From Vicugna vicugna (lineage: Eukaryota): a DNA stretch of 64,000 nucleotides. A program made the translations under genes and the position numbers. Shown piece by piece: positions 50,491 through 64,000 of the stretch. The stretch lies in assembly GCA_013265495.1 (NCBI GenBank), contig PNXW01004556.1, positions 1-64,000 on the forward strand, given 5' to 3'. The notes beneath the pieces are model-generated. The model did not search any database, was not told the DNA's origin, and saw only the letters and a list, made by a program, of their open reading frames with translations. The stretch's first letter is position 1, and every line of letters starts with the position of its first letter.

Positions 50491-53400
50491 AGTAATCAAT
50501 TTGCAAAAGAAAGTACCCATCATCCAGAAGCTATGAGAGTGAGGACATTTACATCTGAGGACTTCCTTGAACTAGAAACCCAATTTCAAAGATACTTTTG
50601 TGAACCTGTATTTAATTGGCACTCAGTAGCCGCAAAGCAGACACTGTTTCAGAGTAAATAAATAGATAAATAAATAAATAAAAACGATCAGAATTTCTTA
50701 TCAATCAGTGAAGACTCCTGATTGATTCCCTAAAAGCCCGTGTTCAGCACTGTCTCATTCTCTGCCCCTGAACTGAGACTGAGAAGACTGAGAACAGGAT
50801 CTCCATTTGACAGCAGAAGCCATACAATCGATCACCTTCTAATTTCCCGGGGAGGCATCTTTAATGAAATCCTTAACCCTTGTACAAATTCACAAATGGA
50901 GAGAATTAATGCAATTAAAATGGGAAGAAGTCATTCTCCGTTCAGTCTCTATTGCTCTGGATTATGAAAAAAAATCTTTTATATAATAACTTCCTCCTCC
51001 CTCAGCTGTCATTTGTTATTATCTGGGGAGATGGTGCATAGTTATCAACTGCTTTCAGAAGAGAAATGTTAGAAAACAATACATGATTGATTTCGGTGTT
51101 ACAGAGGATGCAATAATATCGATGTCATTTGGGTCCAGTGGAGGATTTTTGGCATAATACCGTGGAGAGAAAGGACCACAAAATTCAGAAAGGGTAATAT
51201 ACAGACTGTCAGCCAAGACATGGAAGTCCTCCAGTTGGGAGTACAGCACAGGAGTGGGTGAGGAGTGAAGGCAAAAGAATGACTGCTTCATCCCTGAGTT
51301 CCTGAGTGCAGTGCTGTAATTAGCCCTCACCAGGGAGACCAGGGCACCAGCATATTCTTTAACGGATCAGGCTTCTGTCCTCTGGAACATCCACATGGCT
51401 CAGAAGAATGGAGACAGCTTATTACAGAACTGTTCTCTGCATAAGAACAGGAAGGTCTAATTTCTGCCTTTCTACTTAAGAATGTAGCTTGATCATTACC
51501 AAGTCAGAGGGTGACTTCTTTTGGGTGAGGGAAAGAAGTATGATGAATATTCTTTCTAGTTAAAAGAGTAGATAACTATTGTATAATTAGAACATCAGCT
51601 TGCAGTTTGCTCCTGTTCACCCCCTCATGAAGACCAGAAAAGGAATTTTGTTCTTCCTCCTCTGTCTGGTTCATTATGGAGAAGTCAGGTGCTGAGTTCC
51701 TCCAGTCATTCCCATCCCACCTTCATTTTTCACACTCCTTCTTTAGTTGAACCAGATTTGCTTGTCAGGTTGATCAGAAGCCAACTTCCTCAGTGGAAAA
51801 CAACCCCTAATTATTCATGGTTCAAGAGGGCATTAAAACAATTTACAGCAGTAAGATGTGATAAAAGTACAACAGGACACACTCCAGAATCACTCATTTA
51901 TCAACACATATTTGATGACTAGAATGCCACAGTTAATCTGGCAGTCAGTTAATAACCCCCAACAAAGCCTTTTCAAGGATTTTTGCCTGCAACACAAAAC
52001 TCAGCAAAGTAGACAAAATTCTGGAAACCTGCAATAGCATTGGGTACTAATGTTAACAACTGAACGTATGCCAATGTATAGGGGACAGTTTTCACTGAAT
52101 TGCAATTTTACCAAGAACTAAGATTCTATGGTTTAAGCCATCCCAGTTTGTGATCCTTTGAGATGGCAGCCCCAGCAAATGCATACAAGCACTTTTTGTT
52201 GTCAACGTGAGGAAACAGGTGTTGCAACCTCCAGGGCAAGTCATTATTTTCTGAGGTCACCAGAACACCTTCACTGCATCCTCTTTCCCACTTGAGAGCT
52301 TCTGGTTCTGAGAGGCTACAACTCCCAGGATGCAGAAAAAAGTTAGGAGACAGGGGAGATATATATACGCACCTGAGATACATGTGTTTAAGCCCTTAGG
52401 GAAAACATGCGAGAGAGAGAGAGAGAGAGAGCCCTGAAAAAAGTGTTCAAGGGAATATTGTTTCTTATATTCTTTCTCAGATCAAAGGATTATGTGCTCA
52501 TAGAGAAATGGGCATTTGGGACAAGTTCAGCAAAACTACAGAAGGTCAGTACTTGATAGGTTCACAGCTTAGGCAGGGGCTGTTCAACCTGCCTTTTAGA
52601 TTTAGAATCTAGAAGGAATTTCTGCCAGCTCCCAAATGCTCAATGGACCCTGTTTGTGTCAAATCCATATTTGACTGGATCTCTATTCGAGAAACCAAAA
52701 TGGAGATTATAAAAAAGATTCTAAATCACAGAGACCGTTCTTCTGAGAAATTAAAGAAAAATGATGTATTAATTTAGCAGAAGAGAAAAATCAGAAAATA
52801 TCCACATTGGTTTCTTAATATAGAAAAAAAAAAGAGCCTCTCAAATGGAGAATAAAAATAAGAAGAAAATCAAAAGCATAAAAAGGATCTGGCTGAGAGA
52901 AGAGAGAATCACATGGAGACTAAAAATGCAATTTCAGAATTAAAATTATGCTGAAGATAATAAAAAGTTGAACAGACACAGAAGAGCCAAATCAGCCATA
53001 CAAAAGAAAAACACAAGTTGTTCTAGAACAAAGAAGAAATAGAAGAAAAAATAAAATTTGAGAGAAATCATTAGTTACAAAAAAATAAAAGAAATACAGG
53101 CCAGAAATCCAACTTCACAGACCAAGTATTCTTGCAAAAGAAGCCAGTTTAGAATAAAACTTTCCGAGAAGAATCTACCTCCATAATATACACAGAATGA
53201 GCTCACATATTTAAAGTAACGTGAGTGGGGAAAAAAAAATAAAACTATACTCAGTAATATTTCGTCCACTTTTTGGTAAATTTTAAAATTCTAAGTTAAA
53301 ATTTTAAGTCCCTTTATATATCCCAGCAGGAAAAATAAAAGACACATAAACTGAAACAAAAATTACTCTGTCTTCAGTCTTCTGGTAGATGGCAATTAAT

Positions 53401-54031
53401 ATCAGACAGCATTTGAGCAAAGTCTATATTAAATTCTTAGGATAAAATATTACAACATAATTATTATACACTTACACTGTTACTCATGTGTGAAGGATAT
53501 TTTCAGATATACAAGGACTTTGAAAGTAGAATAGTCAGATCCTTTTCCTGAGTAAAAATTAAATCAATGCAAAGACACATTATAATAAATGAAGGAATGG
53601 ATCAAAATTAAAGTCTCAAAGAGGAAAAACTGGTATAAAAGAAGTGATAATGAGAATTTTTATTGGTCAAATACAATTTCCACCCACATGCTCTATAGTA
53701 ATGAAACTGGAAGAAAAATTAAAATTCCAAAAGATAAATCTTGGAAGAGATTTATATTTTATTAAAAATAATACAATAATAATTTTCAGGGGCATTAAAG
53801 AAGGATTTAGGTAGGACTGGGAAGATAGAAGTAGGTGTTTGCCATAAAAAGTAAAGCCATCATAAGTTAGATTATTAAGGTTTATTTAAAAACTGGAGAA
53901 ATATAAGTTAAAGTGTATTTTACCTAACACTTACTTGTTGTTTTTCTTCTGATTAAAAGAAAGAGATAATTTGGAAGATAGTAAATAGAAAATAGTAAAA
54001 GTTAATTTTAATAGTAAAATTAAATCAAGTA

Positions 54032-54183
54032 GGGGGGAGGGTGTAGCTTACGTGGTAGAGCACATGCTTAGCATGCATGAGGTCCTGGGTTCAATCAATC
54101 CCCAGTACCTCCTCCAAAAAATAAATAAATAAACCTAATTACCCCCCAAATAAACAAAAAATAAATAAAAATTAAAAAAAAAG
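54032..54183 (+). mobile_element. tRNA(Ala)-derived SINE, camelid vic-1-like, with A-rich tail and TSD
   Basis: ggggggagggtgtagcttacgtggtagagcacatgcttagcatgcatgaggtcctgggttcaatc (Pol III A/B boxes, tRNA-Ala-like head), then an (aaat)n tail. TSD taaatcaagt at 54021-54030 and 54184-54193. Confidence 0.88.
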
Positions 54184-54367
54184 TAAATCAAGTGAGAAAA
54201 AAAGTCTCTTGTCATTACAGCACCCAGAAATAATCATTGCCAATCTATTCGCATTTCATCACTGGAACTAGGCTACTATATTACAATTTTGTAATCTGCT
54301 TTTTACTTTAACTAAATAAATTGTTAACCAATATAAATTTTAATTACTGACAGCAAAATATGTCATT

Positions 54368-54660
54368 TGTATTGGTTTTCTATTGTAGCTATAACAGATT
54401 ACCACAAACTTAATTTAGGCTTTAAACAACACAAATTTATTATCTTGTTGTTCTGTAGATTAGAAGTCTGACATGGGCTAAAATCAAGATGTTGGCAGGG
54501 CTGTGTTGTTTCCTTGCCTTTTCCTGCTCGTTAACACCCTCCTTCATCTTCAAAGCCAGTAACATCAAATCTCTCTGACCATTCTTCTGTTGTCACACCT
54601 CCCATGGAATATGACTAAGAAAGATTCTTCTTTGCATTTAAGGACCTATGTGATTATTCT
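54368..54660 (-). mobile_element. MLT1C/D-like MaLR LTR fragment
   Basis: tgtattggttttctattgtagctataacagattaccacaaactta...ttaaacaacacaaatttattatctt...gggctaaaatcaagatgttggcagggctg. Confidence 0.75.
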
Positions 54661-55545
54661 GCCTGCCACACTATTTACGGCCATAAATCACTTAACCAAT
54701 TCCTCTTTGTTGGACATCTGTTTCAAAAATTCTAAAGTACTAAATATCAAATATTCTTCTACATAAGTCTCTGCAAACTATTTCCATAGGGCAAATTTCT
54801 AAAATTGGAATTCCAAGGCAAAGTTTTTTTGTTTTGTTTTGTTTTTTAATGCCAAAGGTCTTGACATATTGTTGAATTTACCTCCTGAAAGGTCTAAACT
54901 TATCTCTTTTCAGTGGTGGAAATGCTTGATTTTTCACCTTGGCAACTGGGGATTATATATCTACTTTTTGATTATTTGACAAATTGATGAGTGGGAAATG
55001 GCATGACATTATTATACTAACTGCACTTCTTTGCTTACTAATGAATTGAATATTTTTTTCATCTTTCTCTTTGCCACTTCTATTTCTTTACAAGTGGTTT
55101 AACCCCTTTGCCCATTTTTATATTGAAGTTTATTTGATTATTTCTTACATTTCTTTGTAAGAGTGCTATGATAACAGTATGACCTCTTTAATATAAGGTA
55201 CCAATATATTTTATTTGCTTCTTAAAGTTTTCTAAGATATTTTTTACATTCAGATGTTTTATATAGTTTGTCTATTAAGTATTTTTGCTACTAATTTTAA
55301 GTTTAGAAAGTTCTCTGTCACCCCAAGAATAAATATTTACATATATAACCTTTAAGTTTTTGTATGAAGTTTTTTTTCCAGATAGGTTACTAATTATGCC
55401 AGAAGGATTTCCTGACAATTTTTCTTTTTCCCATAAATATATAATGTCACATATATTTTATACTAAATTCTTATATATGGTAGAGTCTGTTTCTAGGCAC
55501 TTTATTATAGTTAGTTTGTCTATCTTCCTATCCTTATGTTGTTAC

Positions 55546-56190
55546 TGTTAGAGCAGGCAGATAGCTAAATATGAGCAGAGAAAGGGAGTCACAGGCCAAA
55601 TGGCAGGAATTAGGCAAAAAAGGAGGATTACAGGCCAAATGCAGGATCCTGCACATTGTGCATACAACAAGGGTCCTTGGGCAGACAAAGAAAAGCAGGA
55701 ACCTCTGGACTGACAATAAATCACACATTTTGAGGTGACCAGCTTCCTGGAGGCCGACAAAGAAACATGAGAAAAGGCAGGAATTTTCAGTGTCTCAATG
55801 TAACCATTTACTCATTATGCTCTCATTTCAATAAAATTAGCCTTGTAGGTTAGAAGTACCCATAATGCATTGATGCAGCGATACTTCCATCCAGACTAAA
55901 TAAGAGCAAAAATCCTTCCTTCCCCTCAGAAAGGTGGAGCTGGGATGAAAATTAGGGACTATGACCCCAAATCCTTCCCTCCACAGTGAATATTCTGCTC
56001 ATTAATTTTTACACCCTATGTAATACACTTGCCAAAGAAACTCAGGGCAGCTGCTCACCTGAGTCTGCCCGCTCTCCCCTTGAGAGTGTACTATCTATCC
56101 CTTAATAAATCCTCACTTTACTTTCTTAACTTTTGTGTCTCATCTTTAAATTCTTTCTGTGATGAGGCAAGGACCTAATCAATGGCAACA
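55546..56190 (+). mobile_element. ERV1-class solo LTR (MER50-like)
   Basis: TGttagagcagg...ggcaaCA termini; aataaa at ~56104 followed by a typical U5 (aattctttctgtgatgaggcaaggacc). No clean TSD seen. Confidence 0.75.
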
Positions 56191-56642
56191 ATATGACTTC
56201 ACTTTACTATCTGATTGGGCAGGAAGATGCCTCCCACTGCCAACCATCCTATGCACATGCCATTTTTCTATCTGTTTCTGTGTTTCTGACTTGCTGGACT
56301 CTTTTGCCAGTTTATTCTCCCAGATGACCTTCAGACTCACTGAGTCATGGTCCAAGAAAAATCTCACAAAATTTTTTCTTGGAATTGCATTAAAATGTAA
56401 AATAACTGGGAAATAATTATTTCACCATTATAAGGCCACTCTTTTAAGGTTTTTAATTTCACATCAGATAAGCATTAAATGCATTCATCATACAAATGCC
56501 CTACACTTTTTAATTAGGTTGTTCTGTACTTTATCTTTCTGTTGCTATTGTGGAAAAATATACTTTTATTATGCATATTCTTATTTATTATTACTGAAAG
56601 TATATTTTAAAATCTATTATTGCATATTTATTTTATAACTAG

Positions 56643-57111
56643 TATTGACTGAAAAAAATACACAACCTAAAAGCTGAGAATTTTATTTTATCCAGTGACC
56701 TTCCTGAAGACTACAGCCCAGGATACAGCCTCTCAGGTAGCTCTGAGGAACTGTTCCGAAGCAATAAGGGAGGAGCCAGGGTATATAGCCTTTTTGCTGC
56801 AAAACAAAAACAAGACCAAAAACCATGTAACAACATAAAAAAAATTACACTAATCACAAAAAAAAGACATCTCCAGTTATTGATTTTAGTGCTTTTCTAC
56901 ATGTGAGAATATTCCAGAGTCTGGGCTCATTGAAATTATCCCTTTGATATGCATCTTAACTGTCTAGGGCCTGTATTCTGATCTCCTTCATCCTGAATTC
57001 TCCTGAGTGCACCATCAGGGCTGCTGCAATGGCTCATGGCTTGATTGTGGGCAACATTCTTTGTTTACTGAAATAGCAGGCAATATATATACATATTTTT
57101 TTTGGTCTAAA
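56643..57111 (-). mobile_element. ERV1 3' LTR (MER41-like)
   Basis: t(a/g)ttgactgaaaaaaatacacaacctaaaag...gggaggagccagggtatatag...; reverse-complement homologue of the LTR at 58342-58819. Bordered by a minus-strand polypurine tract (plus-strand cacctcctctt, ~57113-57123). Confidence 0.8.
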
Positions 57112-58341
57112 GCACCTCCTCTTGGTCATAAACTTGACCAAAGTTTGAGAGGCATTTCATGACCAATTTGTCCCACAGCCCTAGGAAGTTTCATCCCGAG
57201 GTCAAATGAAGATTTCGTTGATACACCACTCAAAGTGCTATGTCTTGGATTAGGCCCTATTGATAATCTAATATTCTCTGGGTCACTTGTTTTGCTAGTC
57301 TATTGTGATTGAGGAAATGTTTCCCCCTTTGTTTCTTCCTGTATCTAGAGTTGCACTATTAAAAGTATTCTATATAGAGTTATGTACATGATACATGAAT
57401 ATATATGATATATGCTCAACTACCTCAAGGTGTTTAGCCACCATTAATTTTATTGGAGGACTGGTTACATATTGGGTAATGCAACAGATAAGAATCTTAT
57501 AAAATAGGCAAAATAGACAGAATATAAGTAATACAGTTAATAAAATTAATAGTCATAGTGCAGCTGTGAGAGGCATAAGGCATAATTCGAAAATAACAAG
57601 AGAGAACAAATTAAAGCAATGATTAGCATAACTAGTTATAATTTGGTTGCAGTAAGCCATCAAATCCACAGGGGAGCCAGTTGGAGAAGCCAAATTATGG
57701 AAGGATTAAGGAGAGAGAAAAAGATAAATGTCTCATCTTTAGTTACAAAGATATACTTAATCAACTTGTTGTAGAGTAAGAGGAAAGGTTTTCTGAAAAA
57801 TGAAGATTAAAAGCCAGTGGATTTCAGGAAAAAAATAATGAAGTTATAGGTCATATTTATCAGTTCATTCAGTCCCATGTAATTAATTCCTGTTGATCTG
57901 GATAAAGTCAGATTTTCCATTAGAGTTTTGTAATGTCTTATCCAGTTCAGTGGCATGATCTAAAAGTCATTAGACATATATTTGTCAAAAAGTCCTTTTT
58001 ATGAATTTTCTTGAAGATGTTTATTTTATAAAAGCATCAAAGTAAAACAATAATTGTCTATAAATGACAAAAGACTTAAAATGCCATGGTTAAAGATCTG
58101 ATTACAATGTAATTGACAAGAAAGTTGGTAATTTCTGTGACATTCAACATTTTAATATAATAACTATAATTATGACTAATAACATTACACCAGGACATAT
58201 CAGATTTTTTGGAATTGTATATAAATTTTGGAATATCAATATTATGACATTTACCCATACATGATAACCTAAGAAGGCTTTATCACCACTTGTTTGACAA
58301 TATTTCCCACGTAATTTAACATACCATAATTAGTTTAATAT

Positions 58342-58819
58342 TGTGAACAAAAAAATACTGCAAACTATATCAGTAAACAAAGAATGCTGACGCCATCAAG
58401 GCATCAGCTGATGCTACCATCCTTCAGTGAAGACAAGCGTGGAGCCCAGCCTCTGCAGCCACTCACAATGGTGCACTCTGAGGGGACTTGAATAAGAAAG
58501 AACAGGATACTAGCCCTGCATAGCTAGATGCTTGTCAGAGGAATGAGTTCATGAGCCCAAATGCTTACTTCCTCCCTTACATAGAAAAGTGCTAATTTTT
58601 TTAACTAAATATGTCTGATTTTCTTCAGTTAACAAGCAATCTTTTGATGTTCCAACTACCTGCTCTTTGTTGTGAAACTCCTATATATCCTGGCTCCTCC
58701 CCTACCTCTTCAGAGAAGTCTCTCAGAGCGATCTGAGAGGATGTCAGCCCAGCTTGAGTTTTCCCACCACATAAAACATAACTCTCAACTTTTAGGCTGT
58801 GTCTTTATTTCAGTCAACA
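58342..58819 (+). mobile_element. ERV1 solo LTR (MER41-like) nested in the ERV internal region
   Basis: TGtgaac...gtcaaCA termini, flanking 4-mers atat/atgt (imperfect TSD), and TATA-like ctatatatcctggctcctccc. Confidence 0.82.
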
Positions 58820-61369
58820 ATGTCTCTTTTGGGGATGTTTCAGGAACCCATTGAAGCATCCCAAAGTTAACTGGAGATCAGAAGAACCTTAATTAGAATT
58901 TGACATTTGGGAAGTTTATCAAAAATAAATCAAAAAGTTTTAAACATCTTGTCAAATAGGATAATAGGTTACTGTGAGACAATACTTATTTACTTAACCA
59001 AAGTGACAGTAAGATTTTAAAGGTTCTAATTGACCATTTAAAGGCAAAGAAACTCACACAATCTATTGTCAAAAGCAGCTCAATATTTTAAGAGAATTTT
59101 TTTTCTCTTAACAAAGAGATAAAACCAAACTCCAGTTCTGCACCAGGCTACTCTCAATAATAAAATTCAGTTCCCCAATTAAAATCATTCCAATCCTAGC
59201 TGGACCATGCACAGAACTCTTTTCTCGGGGCTCCCTTTCTACGAGCCTTCCACAACTTTTTTTGCATCAATATTAGCTTACCCCTCATTTTTTCCCATTT
59301 AAAAATAACCAGCTTTGGGACAAAACCACTTTCTTTTCCCGTAACAAACTCCATTTCCATTCCTCACAACTTCTTTTGCTGAAAACACACACCTTAATTT
59401 CCTTGCATACTGAAATGTTTCTCTTATTTCTAGTAGCTTTAATTTTATATTTTTATTAGAATTCTTAACTCTTAAAACCTTAATTTCTAGTGAAAACCAA
59501 AAACAAGTAATTGTGAACTATTTGTCATACCAGCATTTCCTGATTGGAAAACTTAGGAACAATTCATAAACATATCTTCTCATAGCATAGTTTCCTTCCT
59601 CCATGTGGTACAAGACATGTATGTGTCTAAGAAACCCAAACATTTTTAGTTCCCCTCTCATAAAAAGACAAAAGTAGGTGAACTTAGACCTGTTTAGCAG
59701 ACAATGCTCCAGAATTTTACCTTATTTGAAATGATCTAGATGTTTAATGAATTCCATAATTTAACTTAGCAAAGCTCTAAAGTTTCAAGTTACCAAAAAT
59801 CTGGAGAAGCCATTTTAGATAGACATACCCAAAACATAATTATTCTAAAGAGTTCACCTGAGAACTCTTATCTTATTTGTGTTTATTTTATAACTTATAT
59901 ATAAGATATCATCATATCAAGTTAATTTTTCTTGCTGACAAACACTGCAATGGAAATAACATGAACTTCTTGACCTTCAGTAAACCAAGGTACAATAAAA
60001 GTAAGACATGTCTGTATTGATTAAGCCAACAAGCTTAAGCTAGCTTTAATGCCAGACATTAATTTAACATTGAATATTTCCTAGATAACATGAACATGAA
60101 ATTCATTCTGAACAGTTTTCTTTATGCTTAGAAATACCTCATTTGTAATTGCTTGCATTTAAGTCACTTAAATAGAGCTCTTTTATAATTTAATTTTGAT
60201 AATATTATCCAGAGGTAGAGATATATCATATGCTTAATGTAGACACAGACATATAAATAGAAAAAACTAGAGTTCCCTTAACTTCACCTTAATAATTAGT
60301 TATGAATCAGGTATTACAGTATAGAAGTGCTATATATAAATAACACCTGCAAAGTTAAGTTTATTTGCTCAGATGATTAATGCTTTATCAACTGTGGAAA
60401 AGACTTTTAAGATCTATGTTTGTCCTTGATAAATCCTTAAGGAAGCTGTGAATTAGATTTTGGGTAAGGGAGCCTTTCCGGAGTTGTGAGTGTTAAAAGG
60501 CCTTTCCCCACCTTTTATTTCCTTTGGTTTCCGGTTTTACCAGTCTCAGGACTTTGCGAGCTGTCTTTACATTTCTGATTTGTAGAGATTTGCAAGACAA
60601 AGACAATTGCTTTTGATTCCCCAAAGTACTGGTTTGCCACCTTAATGATATTAAAAGATTGATTTACCCAACTATATTTTCTCTACTTTTTTATATTAGT
60701 GATTTCCAACTAAACTAAGAATCAAGAGTTCTGTGTTCTAGAATGTTAGGGTTCAGTTTATCATGCTTTCAAAAATTTATGCAAGGCATTCAACAGAGGC
60801 TCTTTTCAGTGTGCACAGGTTAATCTCAGAGCAAAAATCTCTATTATTATCTTTATTGTCTCCTGAATATTAGCTCCCAGTTTCAATTTCACATTGTGTG
60901 GGCTCAGGTAACACTGTTGGTTTCTTTTAGTATGTTTAATTAATATTGTTCGAGGGGTCAATTTATATGCCCGGTCTTATAATACCAGGTAGGGGAAGAA
61001 GCATTTTCCAGGGAGACAAAATACCTATCCCACAATATAATGAGGCAAAAGACATGTAACCATCTTCTATAAAGCCCGTGTAAATATACTAATTTATATG
61101 AACTTTATCTTAATTCTGTCAACTTTTATATTTTTTGTTTCCACTAGGATCTCATGAACAAGCCTGATTTTACAAGGAATCCCGATATATTTCTTTTTAT
61201 CTCTCGATCATTTTATCTATTTTTGTATAAAAGGCTCCAGGGTCCCTCCTGAGGGCTTGAGCCAAGGGACATGAGACCCTTTGTCAATATTTTAACCTGA
61301 TTAATTGGCCTAACTGTTGCTCCAAGCAATTGCTATCAGGTATTTCAGTGTAATTTATTTCCAGCCTTG

Positions 61370-61508
61370 AATATATATTTTATATATACATATAATATTA
61401 TTAATATATAATAAATATACTATATATATACATATAACACATAAAATATGTATATATGTATATAAATATGTATATGTGTGTGTATGTGTGTGTATATATA
61501 TATATATT
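61370..61508. repeat. (TA)n/(TG)n low-complexity tract
   Basis: About 140 bp of tatata/tgtgtg; shorter TA tracts occur at ~7485-7520 and ~18640-18692. Confidence 0.9.
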
Positions 61509-61847
61509 TTTAAACTGGGGTAGACTTGTTTGGGACTCTTTAATGTTGGGGACCAATATGGGGTAGTGTTGTATCAAAATATTTGTTTTAATTTCATTAA
61601 AATCCATTTTATTTATAATCATCTAAATTCTTAATAATTCTTAATCATCTAAATATTTTTATCTTTTTTGGACCACTCCTGTTACATTTTTCACCTTTTT
61701 AGGAAGAAATCTCTAGAGTTTCCTCCCACCCCACTTTTTTCTTATTTCTCTGTTAATCAATCTAATTAATATAATCAATCTAAGTTGTATGACCATCTGT
61801 AGGATCCATTGAAGTGAAGTAAAGACCATAAATCAGGCTTCTTAAAC

Positions 61848-64000
61848 CTTTTTTGTTTTTGAAGTATAGTCAGTTTACAATGTTCTGTCAATTTCTAGTG
61901 TACAACATACTGTTTCAATCATACATATACATACATATATTCCTTTATGTATTCTTTTTCATTAATGTTATTAAAAGATATTGAATATAGTTCCCTGTGC
62001 TATACAGTATAAAATTGCTGTTTATCTATTTTATATATAGTAGTTAGTATCTGCAAATCTCAAACTCCCAATTTATCCCTTCCAACCCCATTTCCCCATG
62101 GTAACCATGTTTGTTTTCTTTGTGAGTCTGTTTCTGTTTTGTAAGTAAATTTGTGTCTTTATGTTTCTATATTCCAGAGATAAGTGATATCGTATGGCAT
62201 TTTTCATTTTCTTTCTGGTTTACTTCACTTAGAATGACAATCTCCAGGTCTATCCATGTTGCTATAAATGACATTATTTTATTCTTTTTTATGGCTGAAT
62301 AATATTCCATTGTATAAAGACACCACAATTTCTTTATCCAGTCATCTGTCAATGGACATTTAGGTTGTTTCAATGTCTTGGCAATTGTAAATACTATTGC
62401 TGTGAACACTGGGGTGAATGGGTCAAGTTTTCAAGTTAGAGTTCCCTCAGCCCAGGCATGCTGGATCATATGGTAAGTCTACTTTTAGTTTTGTAAGGAA
62501 GGTATCCATACTGTTTTCCATACTGGCTGTATCAAACTACATTCCCATCAATAGTGTAGAAGGTTTCCCTTTTCTCCACACCCTCTCCAGTATTTTTTAT
62601 TTGTGGACTTTTCAATGATGGCCATTCTGACTGGTATGAGGTAATACATCATTGTAGTTTTGATTTGCATTTCTCTGATAATTAGCAATATCAAACATTT
62701 TTTCATGTACCTATCGGTCATTTGTATGCCTTCATTGGAGAATTGCTTATTTAGGTCCTCTGCCCATTTTTTGGATAGGGTTTTTTTGTTTTTTCATTAT
62801 TAAGTTGTATTAGCTGTTTATATATTCTGGAAATTAAGCCCTTGTCAGTCTCATCTTTTGCAAATATTTTCTCCCATTCCATAGGATATCTTTTTGTTTC
62901 GCTTATGGCTTCCTTTGCTGTGTAAAAGCTAATAAGTTTAATTAGGTCCCATTTGTTTATTTTTGCTTTTATTTCTGTTGCCTGGGCAGACTGCCCTAAG
63001 AGAACATTGCTAAGATTTATGTCAGAAAATATTTTGCCTGTGTTTTCTTCTAGGTGGTTTGTAGTCTCTTGTATTTTGCTTAAGTCTTTAAGCCATTTTG
63101 AGTTTATTTTTGTGTATGGTGTGAGGGAGTATTCTAACTTCACTGATTTACATGTGGCTGTCTACATTCCACAACACCACTTGCTGAAGAGACTGTCTTT
63201 TCTCCATTGTATATTCTTGCCCGCTTTGTTGAAGATTAATTGATGATAAGTGTGTGGGTTTATTTCTGGGCTCTCTATTCTGTTCCATTGATCCATATGT
63301 CTGTGTTTGTACCAGTACCATGCTGTTTTGTCTACTGTAGCTCTGTAGTATTATCTAAAGTCTGGGAGGATTATTCCTTCTGCTTAATTCTCTTTCTTCA
63401 GTATTGCTTTATCAATTCTGGGTCTTTTGTGATTCCATATAAATTTCAGGATTATTTGTTCTACTTCTGTGAAAAAAAGTCCTGGGTTATTTGATAAGGA
63501 TTGCATTAAATCTGTAGATTGCTTTGGGTACTATGACCATTTTAACAGTATTAATTCTTCCAATCCAAGAGCATGGGATATCTTTCCATTTCTTTAAGTC
63601 ATCCTTAATTTCCTTAATCAGTATTTTGTAGTTCTCTGCATATAAATCTTTCACCTCCTGGCGCAAGTTTATTCCCAAGTATTTTATTTTTTGGATGTAA
63701 TTTTAAACAGGATTGTTTCTTTACCTTTCTTATATTTCATTGTTAATGTAAAGAAATGCCACTGATTTCTATATGTTACTCTTGTATCCTGCCACTTTGC
63801 TGAATTCTTTTATTAGCTTTAATAATTTTTGTGTGGGGAGTTTATGGTTTTCTCTATATAGTATCTTGTCATCCACATATAGTGACAGTTTTACCACTTC
63901 TTTTCCAATTTTGATTCCTTTTATTTCTTTTTCTTGTCTGACTGCTATGGCTAGGACTTTCAATACTATGTTGAATACATGTGGTGAGAGTGGGCATACT
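61848..64000 (-). mobile_element. Young LINE-1, 3' portion (continues beyond the window)
   Basis: T-tail at ~61848-61860; ORF2 remnants [27 protein letters not shown] and MFTAIVFTIAKTLKQPKCP. Same subfamily type as 35239-37344. Confidence 0.96.

Larger units (their letters stand above)
57112..61840 (-). mobile_element. Decayed non-coding ERV1 internal region (MER4-group-like)
   Basis: Directly follows the PPT and LTR; AT-rich sequence resembling MER4-group internals, with no ORFs. Right boundary set by the L1 insertion. Confidence 0.6.
32944..64000 (+). other. TACR1: TACR1 intron 1 (continues beyond the window)
   Basis: GT donor at 32944. I saw no exon-2 sequence (YMAIIHPL...) downstream. 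Confidence 0.9.

Noticed and set aside
54032..54110. Possible tRNA-Ala gene
   Set aside because: It has extra 5' bases, a disrupted T-arm, an A-rich tail and a TSD, so it is a SINE rather than a tRNA.
3888..64000. Any intact, active L1 or ERV coding sequence
   Set aside because: All ORF1/ORF2 pieces are short and broken by stops and frameshifts; no gag/pol/env ORF was seen.

Overview
This is mammalian genomic DNA, AT-rich and mostly interspersed repeats. It is most likely camelid: it carries a tRNA-Ala-derived vic-1-like SINE and cetartiodactyl-type L1 3' ends, and I recognised no Alu, Bov-tA/BovA2, PRE-1 or SINEC elements. The only host gene is TACR1 (substance P / NK1 receptor) on the + strand. 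Its CpG-island promoter lies at ~30.6-32.1 kb with a CRE next to a TATA box, followed by a ~0.6 kb 5'UTR. Coding exon 1 is at 32555-32943, and intron 1 runs to the end of the window. The rest is mainly decayed L1, L2, MIR, MaLR, hAT and ERV1 elements; most ORFs in the supplied track are L1 fragments or noise. The most unusual object is a 1.1 kb, very CpG-rich, 5'-truncated retrocopy of JRK (jerky, a domesticated pogo/Tigger transposase). It sits antisense inside an L1 about 9 kb upstream of the TACR1 promoter. Other points of interest are an upstream ATG in frame with TACR1 and separated from it by a single TGA, and several local tandem duplications. I found no evidence for a genuinely new multi-gene system. 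Repeat subfamily names and human protein comparisons come from recalled consensus sequences, not from a search.
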